Shown here: positions 35,991 through 43,883 of the stretch, piece after piece | How the letters are laid out: each line of letters begins with the position of its first letter | Position numbering within the stretch: position 1 is the first letter of the stretch | NCBI GenBank assembly: GCA_964570495.1 | Contig: CAZMYN010000001.1 | Span: 1-53,480, forward strand | Origin: an uncultured Acidimicrobiales bacterium | GTDB lineage: Bacteria > Actinomycetota > Acidimicrobiia > Acidimicrobiales > SHLQ01 | Direction of reading: 5' to 3' | DNA length: 53,480 nt | Position numbers and translations under genes: made by a program | Notes under the pieces: model-generated | Seen by the model: only the letters and a program-made list of their open reading frames with translations | The model's database searches: none | Told to the model about the DNA's origin: nothing

Positions 35991-38210
35991 GTGGCCTTCC
36001 TATCGAAACTCCAAAGCCGATACGCACGCACCGACAGCGAGCGCGGCGCAATTCTCGTTTTGACCGCTCTGGTGATGATGCTGTTGCTCTTCATCGCGGC
36101 GTTCTCCACCGATCTCGGTGCCTGGTATCGCCAGGGCCAAGAGCAACAACGCGCAGCCGACGTTGGTGCGCTGAACGGTGTGCAGGCCTACGACTCGGCG
36201 GTCAAGGCCTATTTCGCAGAACTGGAGGCCTTGGCTCCAGCTGGCGTTGAGATCAACAGCTGGGACGACCTGACCCTTGCACAGCAACTCGAGGCCGAAG
36301 AGCGTGGCCTTCGGGCAGCCGCAAGCACGATCATCGGACTACTAGAAACCAGCGGCTTGTCGTTCTCCGACCCGGGGTCCGGCGTTCTCGCCGCTGACCC
36401 GACCGACGAGAGCCTGACCTCGACCTGGACGATCGTTGCCGACGACGGCACACAGGTCATCATTACACGCTCGTTTGTCTCGGCGGGCGTTGACTCGATG
36501 GGAGATCCAATCACTGGACGAGCGATCGACGTGCAGGTTGTCGCACCCGGCGAGCAGTACTTCTCGAATGTCCTGCGAGATGCCCCGGAGATCGAGCGTT
36601 CTGCTCAATCGGTGCTCTCAAACTGTGGCGCCGTCTGCGAACGAACCCTGACGATCAACCCACCCTTCGCTGGATTCTCTGCCGCGAGTAGCGGTGACGG
36701 CTACGCTCCCCTCCCATTTGACGCCGATCCAAGCCAACCTGGTTTCGAAGAGATCTGGGCTACGAATCACCACACGAACGGAAGCAACAACTTCCACTTC
36801 CTCTGCTTCGACTCCGATGCTGGCGCTCCATGTACCGGAGGCAACGAAAAGACCCGCATCCGGCACAGCAATGGCAACCGTCCAGTCGAGTATGTCCACG
36901 ACGGTAAGATCTACTACGCGGCCCAAGAGGTCGGCGACGCGAACGGCGGCATTGGTTGTTTCGATATGGCAGCTCGCGCCTACTGTGCAACCGACTTCGT
37001 CGAGCTCTTCCCTGGAGGATCGATCTCGAACGCTGGCTGGACTCGGGGCTCTGCGTACCTTGGCTTGCACGGCCCATGGGAATGGAACGGCAACCTCTAC
37101 ATCGTCAACCAAGCTGGTGTCATGGGATGCGCGGTGCGTGCCACTATGCAACCCTGTGGAACGACCACATTCGACACGCTCGGAACTAGCCGAAAAGATC
37201 TTAACGGAAACAACGTTCTTCCTGCGGCAACAAACGGCCAGCATTGGGTATCGCACGGCGAGCAGCTCGGTAGCGAGGTCTACCTGACACACAACGGACC
37301 AGGTGGCGTGCTGTTTCAGTGCGTCGACCTCAACACCCGCAACAGCTGCTGGGGCGGAACCACCCGGTGGCAACCGGTACTCGACCCAGAACAAGGTGGC
37401 GTCGGTGGCGACAACAACCTTACCTTCCTGCGCTACAACACTGCGCAGGTCCCAACACAGATCTGCAATGTGCAGATCGAGTCCGGCAACAACAGGTGCT
37501 ACAACGTGAGCAACGGCAATGGCGGCACCTCAATCACCGGAATGCAGGCTTTCTTCCAGACGAACATTGGTCAGCATGGATCATGGGGTGGCGACGCCTT
37601 CAACTGGCAAGACCGACGCACGTTCTTCGCTGGAGGCAGCTCTCGACGAATCGTGTGTTGGAGCTGGGAGACCGGAACCAACGGCGCACCGTGCCCAGGC
37701 CAAGCCGTCGTACAGACCAACAACGCCTTCACCGGCGCAGGCGACGCGAGGACCTACGGCTTTGCACAGGTAACTGTCAACTGCCTCGTAGCTCTCGGTC
37801 ACGACAACGTCTTCTATTCATTCAACCCCGTCGGTTTGAACGCATGTGTTGACGCCGACGTCGTTACCGACATCGAGCCATGCGAATGCGCCGATGGCGG
37901 AAACCGATGGGGCCAAGTGAGGTTGCCTGCCGAGCTGTTGAACCAGGTCGAGGAGCTGTACGCAACGCTCTCGATCACCGACCCGAACGTAGTCCCGGGA
38001 ACGACGGCCTTTCTGCCCGAGCTGGACCGAGTGCCGCTTCATCTCAACGGCGGAGTTATCAACCTCTCGAACGTTCCAGATTCGGTGGACAGGCTGTTCC
38101 TCAACCTTGAGGTAACCGCAGCGATCGATTTGTCCACCGGCTTGCCAGAGTGGACCGAGCCGATCGACGCTGACCTTCAGATCTCGGTTCAGCCAACGCT
38201 CACGAACTAG
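35991..38210 (+). CDS. TadE/TadG-like N-terminal segment fused to a Cys-pair repeat (putative beta-propeller) ectodomain
   Basis: The N-terminus 'SERGAILVLTALVMMLLLFIAAFSTDLGAWYRQGQEQQRAADVGALNG' matches the TadG-type N-terminal (Tad_N) pattern. It is followed by seven spaced Cys pairs: C-x8-C four times, then C-x10-C, C-x11-C and C-x20-C. Confidence 0.6.
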   Translation: MAFLSKLQSRYARTDSERGAILVLTALVMMLLLFIAAFSTDLGAWYRQGQEQQRAADVGALNGVQAYDSAVKAYFAELEALAPAGVEINSWDDLTLAQQLEAEERGLRAAASTIIGLLETSGLSFSDPGSGVLAADPTDESLTSTWTIVADDGTQVIITRSFVSAGVDSMGDPITGRAIDVQVVAPGEQYFSNVLRDAPEIERSAQSVLSNCGAVCERTLTINPPFAGFSAASSGDGYAPLPFDADPSQPGFEEIWATNHHTNGSNNFHFLCFDSDAGAPCTGGNEKTRIRHSNGNRPVEYVHDGKIYYAAQEVGDANGGIGCFDMAARAYCATDFVELFPGGSISNAGWTRGSAYLGLHGPWEWNGNLYIVNQAGVMGCAVRATMQPCGTTTFDTLGTSRKDLNGNNVLPAATNGQHWVSHGEQLGSEVYLTHNGPGGVLFQCVDLNTRNSCWGGTTRWQPVLDPEQGGVGGDNNLTFLRYNTAQVPTQICNVQIESGNNRCYNVSNGNGGTSITGMQAFFQTNIGQHGSWGGDAFNWQDRRTFFAGGSSRRIVCWSWETGTNGAPCPGQAVVQTNNAFTGAGDARTYGFAQVTVNCLVALGHDNVFYSFNPVGLNACVDADVVTDIEPCECADGGNRWGQVRLPAELLNQVEELYATLSITDPNVVPGTTAFLPELDRVPLHLNGGVINLSNVPDSVDRLFLNLEVTAAIDLSTGLPEWTEPIDADLQISVQPTLTN

Positions 38211-38219
38211 CTCTCGTAG

Positions 38220-40292
38220 CTATCGCAACACAGCGGGTAGAGGTTCTGCATGCAGGATCCCTACCCGCTTTGTCGCGCGCGTGAGCGCAACGTAGAGCGC
38301 CCGCATGCCCTGTCGTTCTTCGTCGACGATGAGTGACGGCTCGACGACGAGAGCGGCATCGACTTCGAGGCCCTTCACGAGCTGAACGGGCACGACGGTT
38401 ATCTGTTGGTCGAGTCCCGAGCGGGTTGCACCACCGAACTCGATCGACGCGCTCGTGAGCGCCGTGGTGACCTGTTCGTGGATTGACCGTGGAACGATGA
38501 TGGCGAGGTTGCCGTTGCCGACGTCGGAAAGTTCGTCGGCGATAACACCGGGGAGTGCATTGGCGATGTTGGACACCTCGGTCACACGAGGCGCCGCCCC
38601 CTCGTTGCGGATTGCAACCGGTGGCTGTAGCCCGGGGGCGGCCTCGGTGAGCACTTTGGCCGCCAACGCCATCGCCGGAGCCGGAATTCGATATCCGGTA
38701 GTCAACTCGCGACGCTTCGCCTCGTGCTTGGAGCGCGGAAGCTCGGCAATGAGGTCGTCCCAGTTGTCTCGCGCCCATGACCCGGTGGCCTGAGCAATGT
38801 CGCCAACGACGGTCATCGAACCGTTGAGTGAACGCCGTGAGATCATCCGCAGCGCCATGGGTGAGAGGTCTTGGGCTTCGTCGATCACGATGTGTCCGTA
38901 GGTCCGAACAGCGTCGGTGCCCTTGCTACCTGGGCGCCCGCCCAGGTGCGCCCTCGCTTCATCGAGTAGCGGCGCGTCGGAGAACGCCCAGATGATGTCG
39001 TCGACGTGAACCGCTGAGTCGTGTCGCAGGGCGTCGAGCTCGGACGTCGTGAACAACCCATTGGCCGCCGCGGCGAGCAGGTTCGGGCTCCGGAACAGAT
39101 CGTGGAGGAGTTCGGCTGGGGTCAGCACCGGCCACATCCACTCGAGCGTTTCGCGGATCGGCATTGTCCAGCGCACCCTGTCGCGCAATACCTCTGGCTC
39201 GACCGGCTCTCGTCCAGAGGCGGCGAGGGTCGCAAAGACTTCGGTCTCGATGAACTTGCGAGCAGCGTTGTGGCTTCGATACCGGCGCCGCGCATCTTTC
39301 AGGATCATCTCGCTCTGGAAGACGGTCAGCCGCAGATTCTGCAACCCGTACCCCAAGACGAGATCGCTGCGAAGTTTGCGTTCGCGCTGTCGCACGGCCC
39401 GTGCAACGAGATCGACCATGCGCAGATCGCCCTTGATCAGCGCTGCCTCTTCGGAATCCAACCGGTCGCTACGCACCTTCGGGACAACAAGATCGGACAA
39501 CACGGCAAGGCGAACACCCGCTTCGCCGAGCGACGGCAAGACCTGTTCGATGTAGGCGAGGAAGAGGCGGTTCGGACCAATGACAAGCACGCCTTGGTCT
39601 TGGAGCGGGAATCGATGCGAGTACAGCAGGTAAGCCGCGCGATGAAGCGCGACGACGGTCTTGCCGGTACCGGGGCCACCTTGGACAACAACAATGCCCG
39701 GCAGCGGTGCTCGGATGATCTCGTCCTGTTCGCTCTGGATCGTGGCGACGATGTCGCCGAGACGACCGGTCCGAGCGGTTTCGAGAGCGGTGATCAGCGC
39801 GCCGTGACCTTGGAACTTGTCGGACTCGAGTCGCTCGCCGAGCGAATCGAGATCGCCGAACAATTCGTCGTCGATGTCGAGCAGCGTCCGGCTGCGGGTT
39901 GCAAAGTGTCTGCGCCGATCCAAGCCCATGGGGTCGGCGCCGGTCGCCCGGTAGAACGGCTCGGACGCCGGGGCACGCCAATCGACCACGACGGGGTCCT
40001 GTGCCCGGTTCCACACGCCAATGCGTCCTATGTAGAGCGAATCACCGAACTCGGTGTCGTCGTAGTCGATCCGTCCAAAGACCAACGACGCGTCGCCAAT
40101 ATCGAGCTGTTGCAATCGATCGACGATGTTGTCGGTGAACGCCTCGCGCTCAAATCGCGCCTGATTCGTACCACCGGAATTAACCTCGAGCGTGTCGGCC
40201 AACTTCTTTGCCAGCTCGCGCGCGTCGTCAAGACATGCATGCGCATGTTCGAGGTACTTCTGCTCGGCCTCCAACTCTGGGTGAATCACCAA
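38220..40292 (-). CDS. helD: HelD/HelR-family UvrD-like ATPase (RNA polymerase-associated recycling factor)
   Basis: 690 aa. The N-terminal region is 'ELEAEQKYLEHAH...NQARFEREAF...LVFGRIDY...LYIGRIGVWNRAQDPVVVDWRAPASEPFYRAT'. Walker A is 'VVQGGPGTGKTVVALHRAAYLLY'. A C-terminal UvrD-like domain ends with 'ALYVALTRATKRVGILH'. Confidence 0.8.
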   Translation of the reverse strand: MVIHPELEAEQKYLEHAHACLDDARELAKKLADTLEVNSGGTNQARFEREAFTDNIVDRLQQLDIGDASLVFGRIDYDDTEFGDSLYIGRIGVWNRAQDPVVVDWRAPASEPFYRATGADPMGLDRRRHFATRSRTLLDIDDELFGDLDSLGERLESDKFQGHGALITALETARTGRLGDIVATIQSEQDEIIRAPLPGIVVVQGGPGTGKTVVALHRAAYLLYSHRFPLQDQGVLVIGPNRLFLAYIEQVLPSLGEAGVRLAVLSDLVVPKVRSDRLDSEEAALIKGDLRMVDLVARAVRQRERKLRSDLVLGYGLQNLRLTVFQSEMILKDARRRYRSHNAARKFIETEVFATLAASGREPVEPEVLRDRVRWTMPIRETLEWMWPVLTPAELLHDLFRSPNLLAAAANGLFTTSELDALRHDSAVHVDDIIWAFSDAPLLDEARAHLGGRPGSKGTDAVRTYGHIVIDEAQDLSPMALRMISRRSLNGSMTVVGDIAQATGSWARDNWDDLIAELPRSKHEAKRRELTTGYRIPAPAMALAAKVLTEAAPGLQPPVAIRNEGAAPRVTEVSNIANALPGVIADELSDVGNGNLAIIVPRSIHEQVTTALTSASIEFGGATRSGLDQQITVVPVQLVKGLEVDAALVVEPSLIVDEERQGMRALYVALTRATKRVGILHAEPLPAVLR

Positions 40293-40359
40293 ACCTCCGA
40301 ATCACGGGGGGCATCAATCGTATCGGCGGGCACCGCACATGGCGCCCTAGCCTGGTGGT

Positions 40360-41391
40360 GTGACTTCACTCCCCGACTCGAACTTTTTGGCCGCGTGCAG
40401 AAGCGAACCTCACGAGGTCACGCCCGTGTGGTTCATGCGCCAGGCCGGTCGCTCGCTCCCCGAGTACCGCGCTATCCGCGGCGAAGGAAGCATCAACGAC
40501 GCGATCGCCAATCCCGACCTCGCCACCGAGATCACCCTCCAACCCATTCGTCGCTACGGCGTCGATGCCGCCATCCTCTTCTCCGACATCGTCACCCCCG
40601 CCCATGCCATCGGGTTTGGTCTCGACGTCGTGCCCGGAGTCGGCCCCGTCGTCGAGAAGCCCTTTGCCTCGCGCGACGACCTCCAACGCCTTCGCCCCCT
40701 CGACGCCGAAGCCGACACGCCGTACGTACTCGAGACAATCGACAATGTCGTCGCCGAACTCGACATCCCCTTGATTGGTTTTGCTGGTGCGCCGTTCACG
40801 GTTGCGAGTTATCTGATCGAAGGCCGCCCGTCACGGACCTACCAGAACACCAAAACCATGATGAAGAGCGACCCGGAACTGTGGTTCGCTCTCATGGATC
40901 GCCTTGCCGACCTTGCCATTGCGTCGCTCGAATCCCAGGTGGCCCACGGGGCTGAAGCTATCCAACTCTTCGACAGTTGGGCCGGGGCGCTGTCGGCACG
41001 CGACTACGAAAAGTACGTGCTGCCCGCCAGCACGAAGGTCCTCGAAACAATCGGCAAGACCGGGGTCCCGCGCATCCACTTCGGTGTCGGGACCGGAGAG
41101 CTGCTCTCCCTCATGGCCAGCGCAGGGGCTGACGTGGTGGGCGTCGACTTCCGTCTTTCCCTGGCCGAAGCCCGCGAGCGAGTACCCGCCGACAAGGCCT
41201 TGCAAGGAAACCTTGACCCCGCGATTCTTGGCGCTCCGTGGGACGTCGTCGCTGGCGAGGTCGACGCCGTGCTCGAAAGCAACGGCGGCCATCCCGGACA
41301 CATCTTCAACCTCGGCCACGGCGTGACCCCCGATTCACCACCCGAGATTCTGGAAAAGGTCGTCGAGCGAGTCCACGCGTACCGTGGCTGA
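40360..41391 (+). CDS. hemE: uroporphyrinogen decarboxylase
   Basis: 343 aa with 'TPVWFMRQAGRSLPEYR', 'AAILFSDI' and 'IQLFDSWAG', the canonical HemE motifs. Confidence 0.95.
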   Translation: MTSLPDSNFLAACRSEPHEVTPVWFMRQAGRSLPEYRAIRGEGSINDAIANPDLATEITLQPIRRYGVDAAILFSDIVTPAHAIGFGLDVVPGVGPVVEKPFASRDDLQRLRPLDAEADTPYVLETIDNVVAELDIPLIGFAGAPFTVASYLIEGRPSRTYQNTKTMMKSDPELWFALMDRLADLAIASLESQVAHGAEAIQLFDSWAGALSARDYEKYVLPASTKVLETIGKTGVPRIHFGVGTGELLSLMASAGADVVGVDFRLSLAEARERVPADKALQGNLDPAILGAPWDVVAGEVDAVLESNGGHPGHIFNLGHGVTPDSPPEILEKVVERVHAYRG

Positions 41392-42754
41392 TTCTCCGAG
41401 GTCCATCGCTGTCATCGGCGGAGGCATCACCGGAATCAGCGCTGCATTGAGCGCTATGAAGGCTGGCGCTGAGGTCCACCTGTTCGAACGCGACACAACG
41501 CTCGGCGGCAAGATCGGCGAAGTCTCCGTCGACGGGCGGCCTCTTCCGAGCGGTCCCGACGCGTTCTTGGCACGCCGACCCGAAATGATCGACCTGGCAC
41601 GTTCGCTCGATCTAGAAGACGACTTGATCACACCGGCCGCAGCATCGGCCCGCATCTACCGAGACGGCTCGCTCCATCTACTCCCCCCGAACGTGCTCGG
41701 CATTCCAGCGACCCGAGACCTCGAAGATTGCACGCTGCTGTCCCCAAAAGGAGCTGAAATAGCGCTCGCCGATCTCGATGCCCCCGACGATCGGCCCGAC
41801 GGCGACGAATCGGTCGGTGCGCTGGTTCGCCGGCGACTCGGAGATGAGGTCCATGAGTATCTCGTCGACCCATTGCTTGGCGGCATCAACGCGGGCGACT
41901 CCGACCGCCTCAGCATGCGTGACGGAATCGCACAGATCGGCACCCTTCGCGGAAAACACCCCAGCTTGTTGACCGCCGCAATCCAAACGCTCGCAGAGGC
42001 TCCAGCGAACCCGGGGCCGGTCTTCTACGGCATTGCCGGTGGGCTCAATCGCCTGGTCGACCGAGCAGCAAAGGAGCTTCACACCGGCGGGGCCGGCATC
42101 CACCTCGGCGAACCTGCAACCCTCGAGAAGCGCACGGACGGCTGGGTCGTCAACACTGGAAACAGCGTCGAAGTCGACCAGGTGATCGTGACGACGCCAG
42201 CGTTCGCCGCCGCGCCGCTCATTGCACCGTTTGCGCCAAAGGCCGCCGCCGTCTTGAACGAGATCGACTACTCATCGGTTGCGCTGGCGGTGCTGATCCT
42301 GCCGCCCGCAACTATCGATCTCGATCCTGGCGTCAGCGGAGTTCTTGTACCGAGGCTCTGCGGACTCCACGTCACTGCGGTCTCCTTCGCCTCAAACAAA
42401 TGGCCTGCGCTCGCGCCCGACGGTTCGCAGATTCTTCGGGTTTCTGTGGGCCGCCGCACCGACACGAGATGGACGAAGCTGTCGAACGCCGACTTGCTCA
42501 GCATCATCCACGACGACCTGAGGGTCATCTTGTCGTGCGAGTTGCCCAAGCCAAACGGCGTGGTCACCCGTTGGGAACGCGCCATGCCCCAATACGACGT
42601 CGGCCACCGAGACACGATTGCCAGGCTGGATCAATCGTTGATCGATCTACCGTTCCTCACACTGACGGGCGCATGGCGAAACGGGTTGGGTCTACCCGCC
42701 TGCGTTGGCTCTGGGGCTAGTGCTGCCGGCCAGATTCAGGCGTCGACGAGCTAG
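41384..42754 (+). CDS. hemY: HemY-type protoporphyrinogen/coproporphyrinogen III oxidase (FAD-dependent)
   Basis: 456 aa. The N-terminal dinucleotide fold is 'IAVIGGGITGISAALSA...EVHLFERDTTLGGK'. Overlaps hemE by 8 nt. In Actinobacteria this enzyme is expected to act as coproporphyrinogen oxidase (CgoX). Confidence 0.85.
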   Translation: MADSPRSIAVIGGGITGISAALSAMKAGAEVHLFERDTTLGGKIGEVSVDGRPLPSGPDAFLARRPEMIDLARSLDLEDDLITPAAASARIYRDGSLHLLPPNVLGIPATRDLEDCTLLSPKGAEIALADLDAPDDRPDGDESVGALVRRRLGDEVHEYLVDPLLGGINAGDSDRLSMRDGIAQIGTLRGKHPSLLTAAIQTLAEAPANPGPVFYGIAGGLNRLVDRAAKELHTGGAGIHLGEPATLEKRTDGWVVNTGNSVEVDQVIVTTPAFAAAPLIAPFAPKAAAVLNEIDYSSVALAVLILPPATIDLDPGVSGVLVPRLCGLHVTAVSFASNKWPALAPDGSQILRVSVGRRTDTRWTKLSNADLLSIIHDDLRVILSCELPKPNGVVTRWERAMPQYDVGHRDTIARLDQSLIDLPFLTLTGAWRNGLGLPACVGSGASAAGQIQASTS

Positions 42755-42851
42755 CGAATTCGCTCGTTGTGCGAACATTGCGTTTCGTTGCAACACATTG
42801 GACCTAGAGATGTGCTTCACTGGCCGCTCGGCGGCAGTCAAAAGGTGACAC

Positions 42852-43514
42852 ATGAATATCGAGTCAGTCCCTCGAGAGTCAGAGACGCTCGACAGGTCCG
42901 AGCAAGAAACAAGCGAGGTCGTGCCCGAAACCGAGGCGAGTTCAGCGGGACCTGCGCTGGATTGGTTTGAGGCAAAGTCGAACTCGGGTTTCGAACGCCC
43001 AACCGAACTTCCCGACGGGGATGCCCACCTTCACGTCGAACGAACCTTTGTGTTCGCCGACCTCTCCGGCTTCACTCAATACACCCGTGAGAATGGCCCG
43101 CACGAAGCCGTAAAGCTGCTCGGTGAGTTTCGGCGAATCGCGCGAAACGTGGCAGCCAAGCGCGGCGTGCGGGTCGCGAAATGGCTTGGCGATGGCGTGA
43201 TGATCGTCGGCGTTGAACCAACGGCGGCCATTGCGTTCGGCGCGCACCTGATCCACCACTTCAGCCCGACTGAACTCAACGTGCGAGTCGGCCTTGCAAG
43301 CGGCATTGCGCTGCTCTTCGAGGGCGACGATTACATTGGCGAACCGGTGAACCTCGCCGCCAAGCTGTGCGCTGCAGCCCAACCCGATGAAATCCTCGGA
43401 ACGTGCGAACTTGAGGATCTACCGGACTGGGTGGTCGCTCAGGACGCGGTGAGCGTGTCGATCAAAGACATTGGCCTTATCGGCGACATCCATCGCCTCG
43501 TGCCGCACATCTAG
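42852..43514 (+). CDS. class III adenylate/guanylate cyclase domain protein
   Basis: 'RTFVFADLSGFTQYT' and 'KWLGDGVMIVG' carry the two metal-binding Asp contexts. 'VRVGLASGIALLFEGDDYIGEPVNLAAKL' is also present. An acidic N-terminal extension precedes the domain. Confidence 0.85.
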   Translation: MNIESVPRESETLDRSEQETSEVVPETEASSAGPALDWFEAKSNSGFERPTELPDGDAHLHVERTFVFADLSGFTQYTRENGPHEAVKLLGEFRRIARNVAAKRGVRVAKWLGDGVMIVGVEPTAAIAFGAHLIHHFSPTELNVRVGLASGIALLFEGDDYIGEPVNLAAKLCAAAQPDEILGTCELEDLPDWVVAQDAVSVSIKDIGLIGDIHRLVPHI

Positions 43515-43539
43515 CTTCTCGGCGAGAATCGCAGAGAGA

Positions 43540-43842
43540 TCAGTGGCTACAGCTGGGCCCGTGTTCGTGATTGATGTCGACGTCGATCTTCTTGCGAACG
43601 CCTCGGCGAACGTCGAGTTGAACCGAGCTTGCATACCCCATGAGGTTCGGGGCTACGTGAATCTTGACTCCCTCGCGATGCATGACGCGGTACGGGGAGA
43701 GGTTCTTGCCTTTGAGATGCATGTCGACCGACACGTCAAATTTGGTGCGTCCTCAACCAATCGGTGGGACGAAGTCGATTGCGGCTACGCCGCCCCGCTT
43801 CTTTATGAGCGATATGGCGTCAGGTGTAAGGAAGAGTTCCAT
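43540..43842 (-). CDS. ~100-codon HesB/IscA-like small protein interrupted by one in-frame TGA (candidate selenocysteine codon; alternatively a pseudogene or two fragments)
   Basis: ATG 43842 gives MELFLTPDAISLIKKRGGVAAIDFVPPIG, then TGA (43755-43753), then GRTKFDVSVDMHLKGKNLSPYRVMHREGVKIHVAPNLMGYASSVQLDVRRGVRKKIDVDINHEHGPSCSH*, all in one frame. The ORF track lists only the distal 64 codons. Confidence 0.45.
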
Positions 43843-43883
43843 TGGTTCAGTAACCCAGGTTAGTTGAGGGAGATTCCGTACAA

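Noticed and set aside
39021-40955. 644-aa plus-strand ORF spanning the helD and hemE region
   Set aside because: It is antisense to the motif-rich HelD/HelR gene and out of frame with hemE. Its composition is extremely Arg/Pro-rich, typical of high-GC shadow ORFs.
42755-43514. Missing hemQ/chdC after hemE-hemY as an anomaly
   Set aside because: The haem genes of the coproporphyrin pathway are often dispersed. A cyclase gene following hemY is not evidence of anything without the rest of the genome.
43471-43863. 130-aa plus-strand ORF overlapping the candidate selenoprotein locus
   Set aside because: It would overlap the cyclase 3' end and has no recognisable motif. The opposite strand gives a protein-like HesB-type sequence with a proper ATG and spacing after the upstream gene. 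Confidence in this choice is only moderate.
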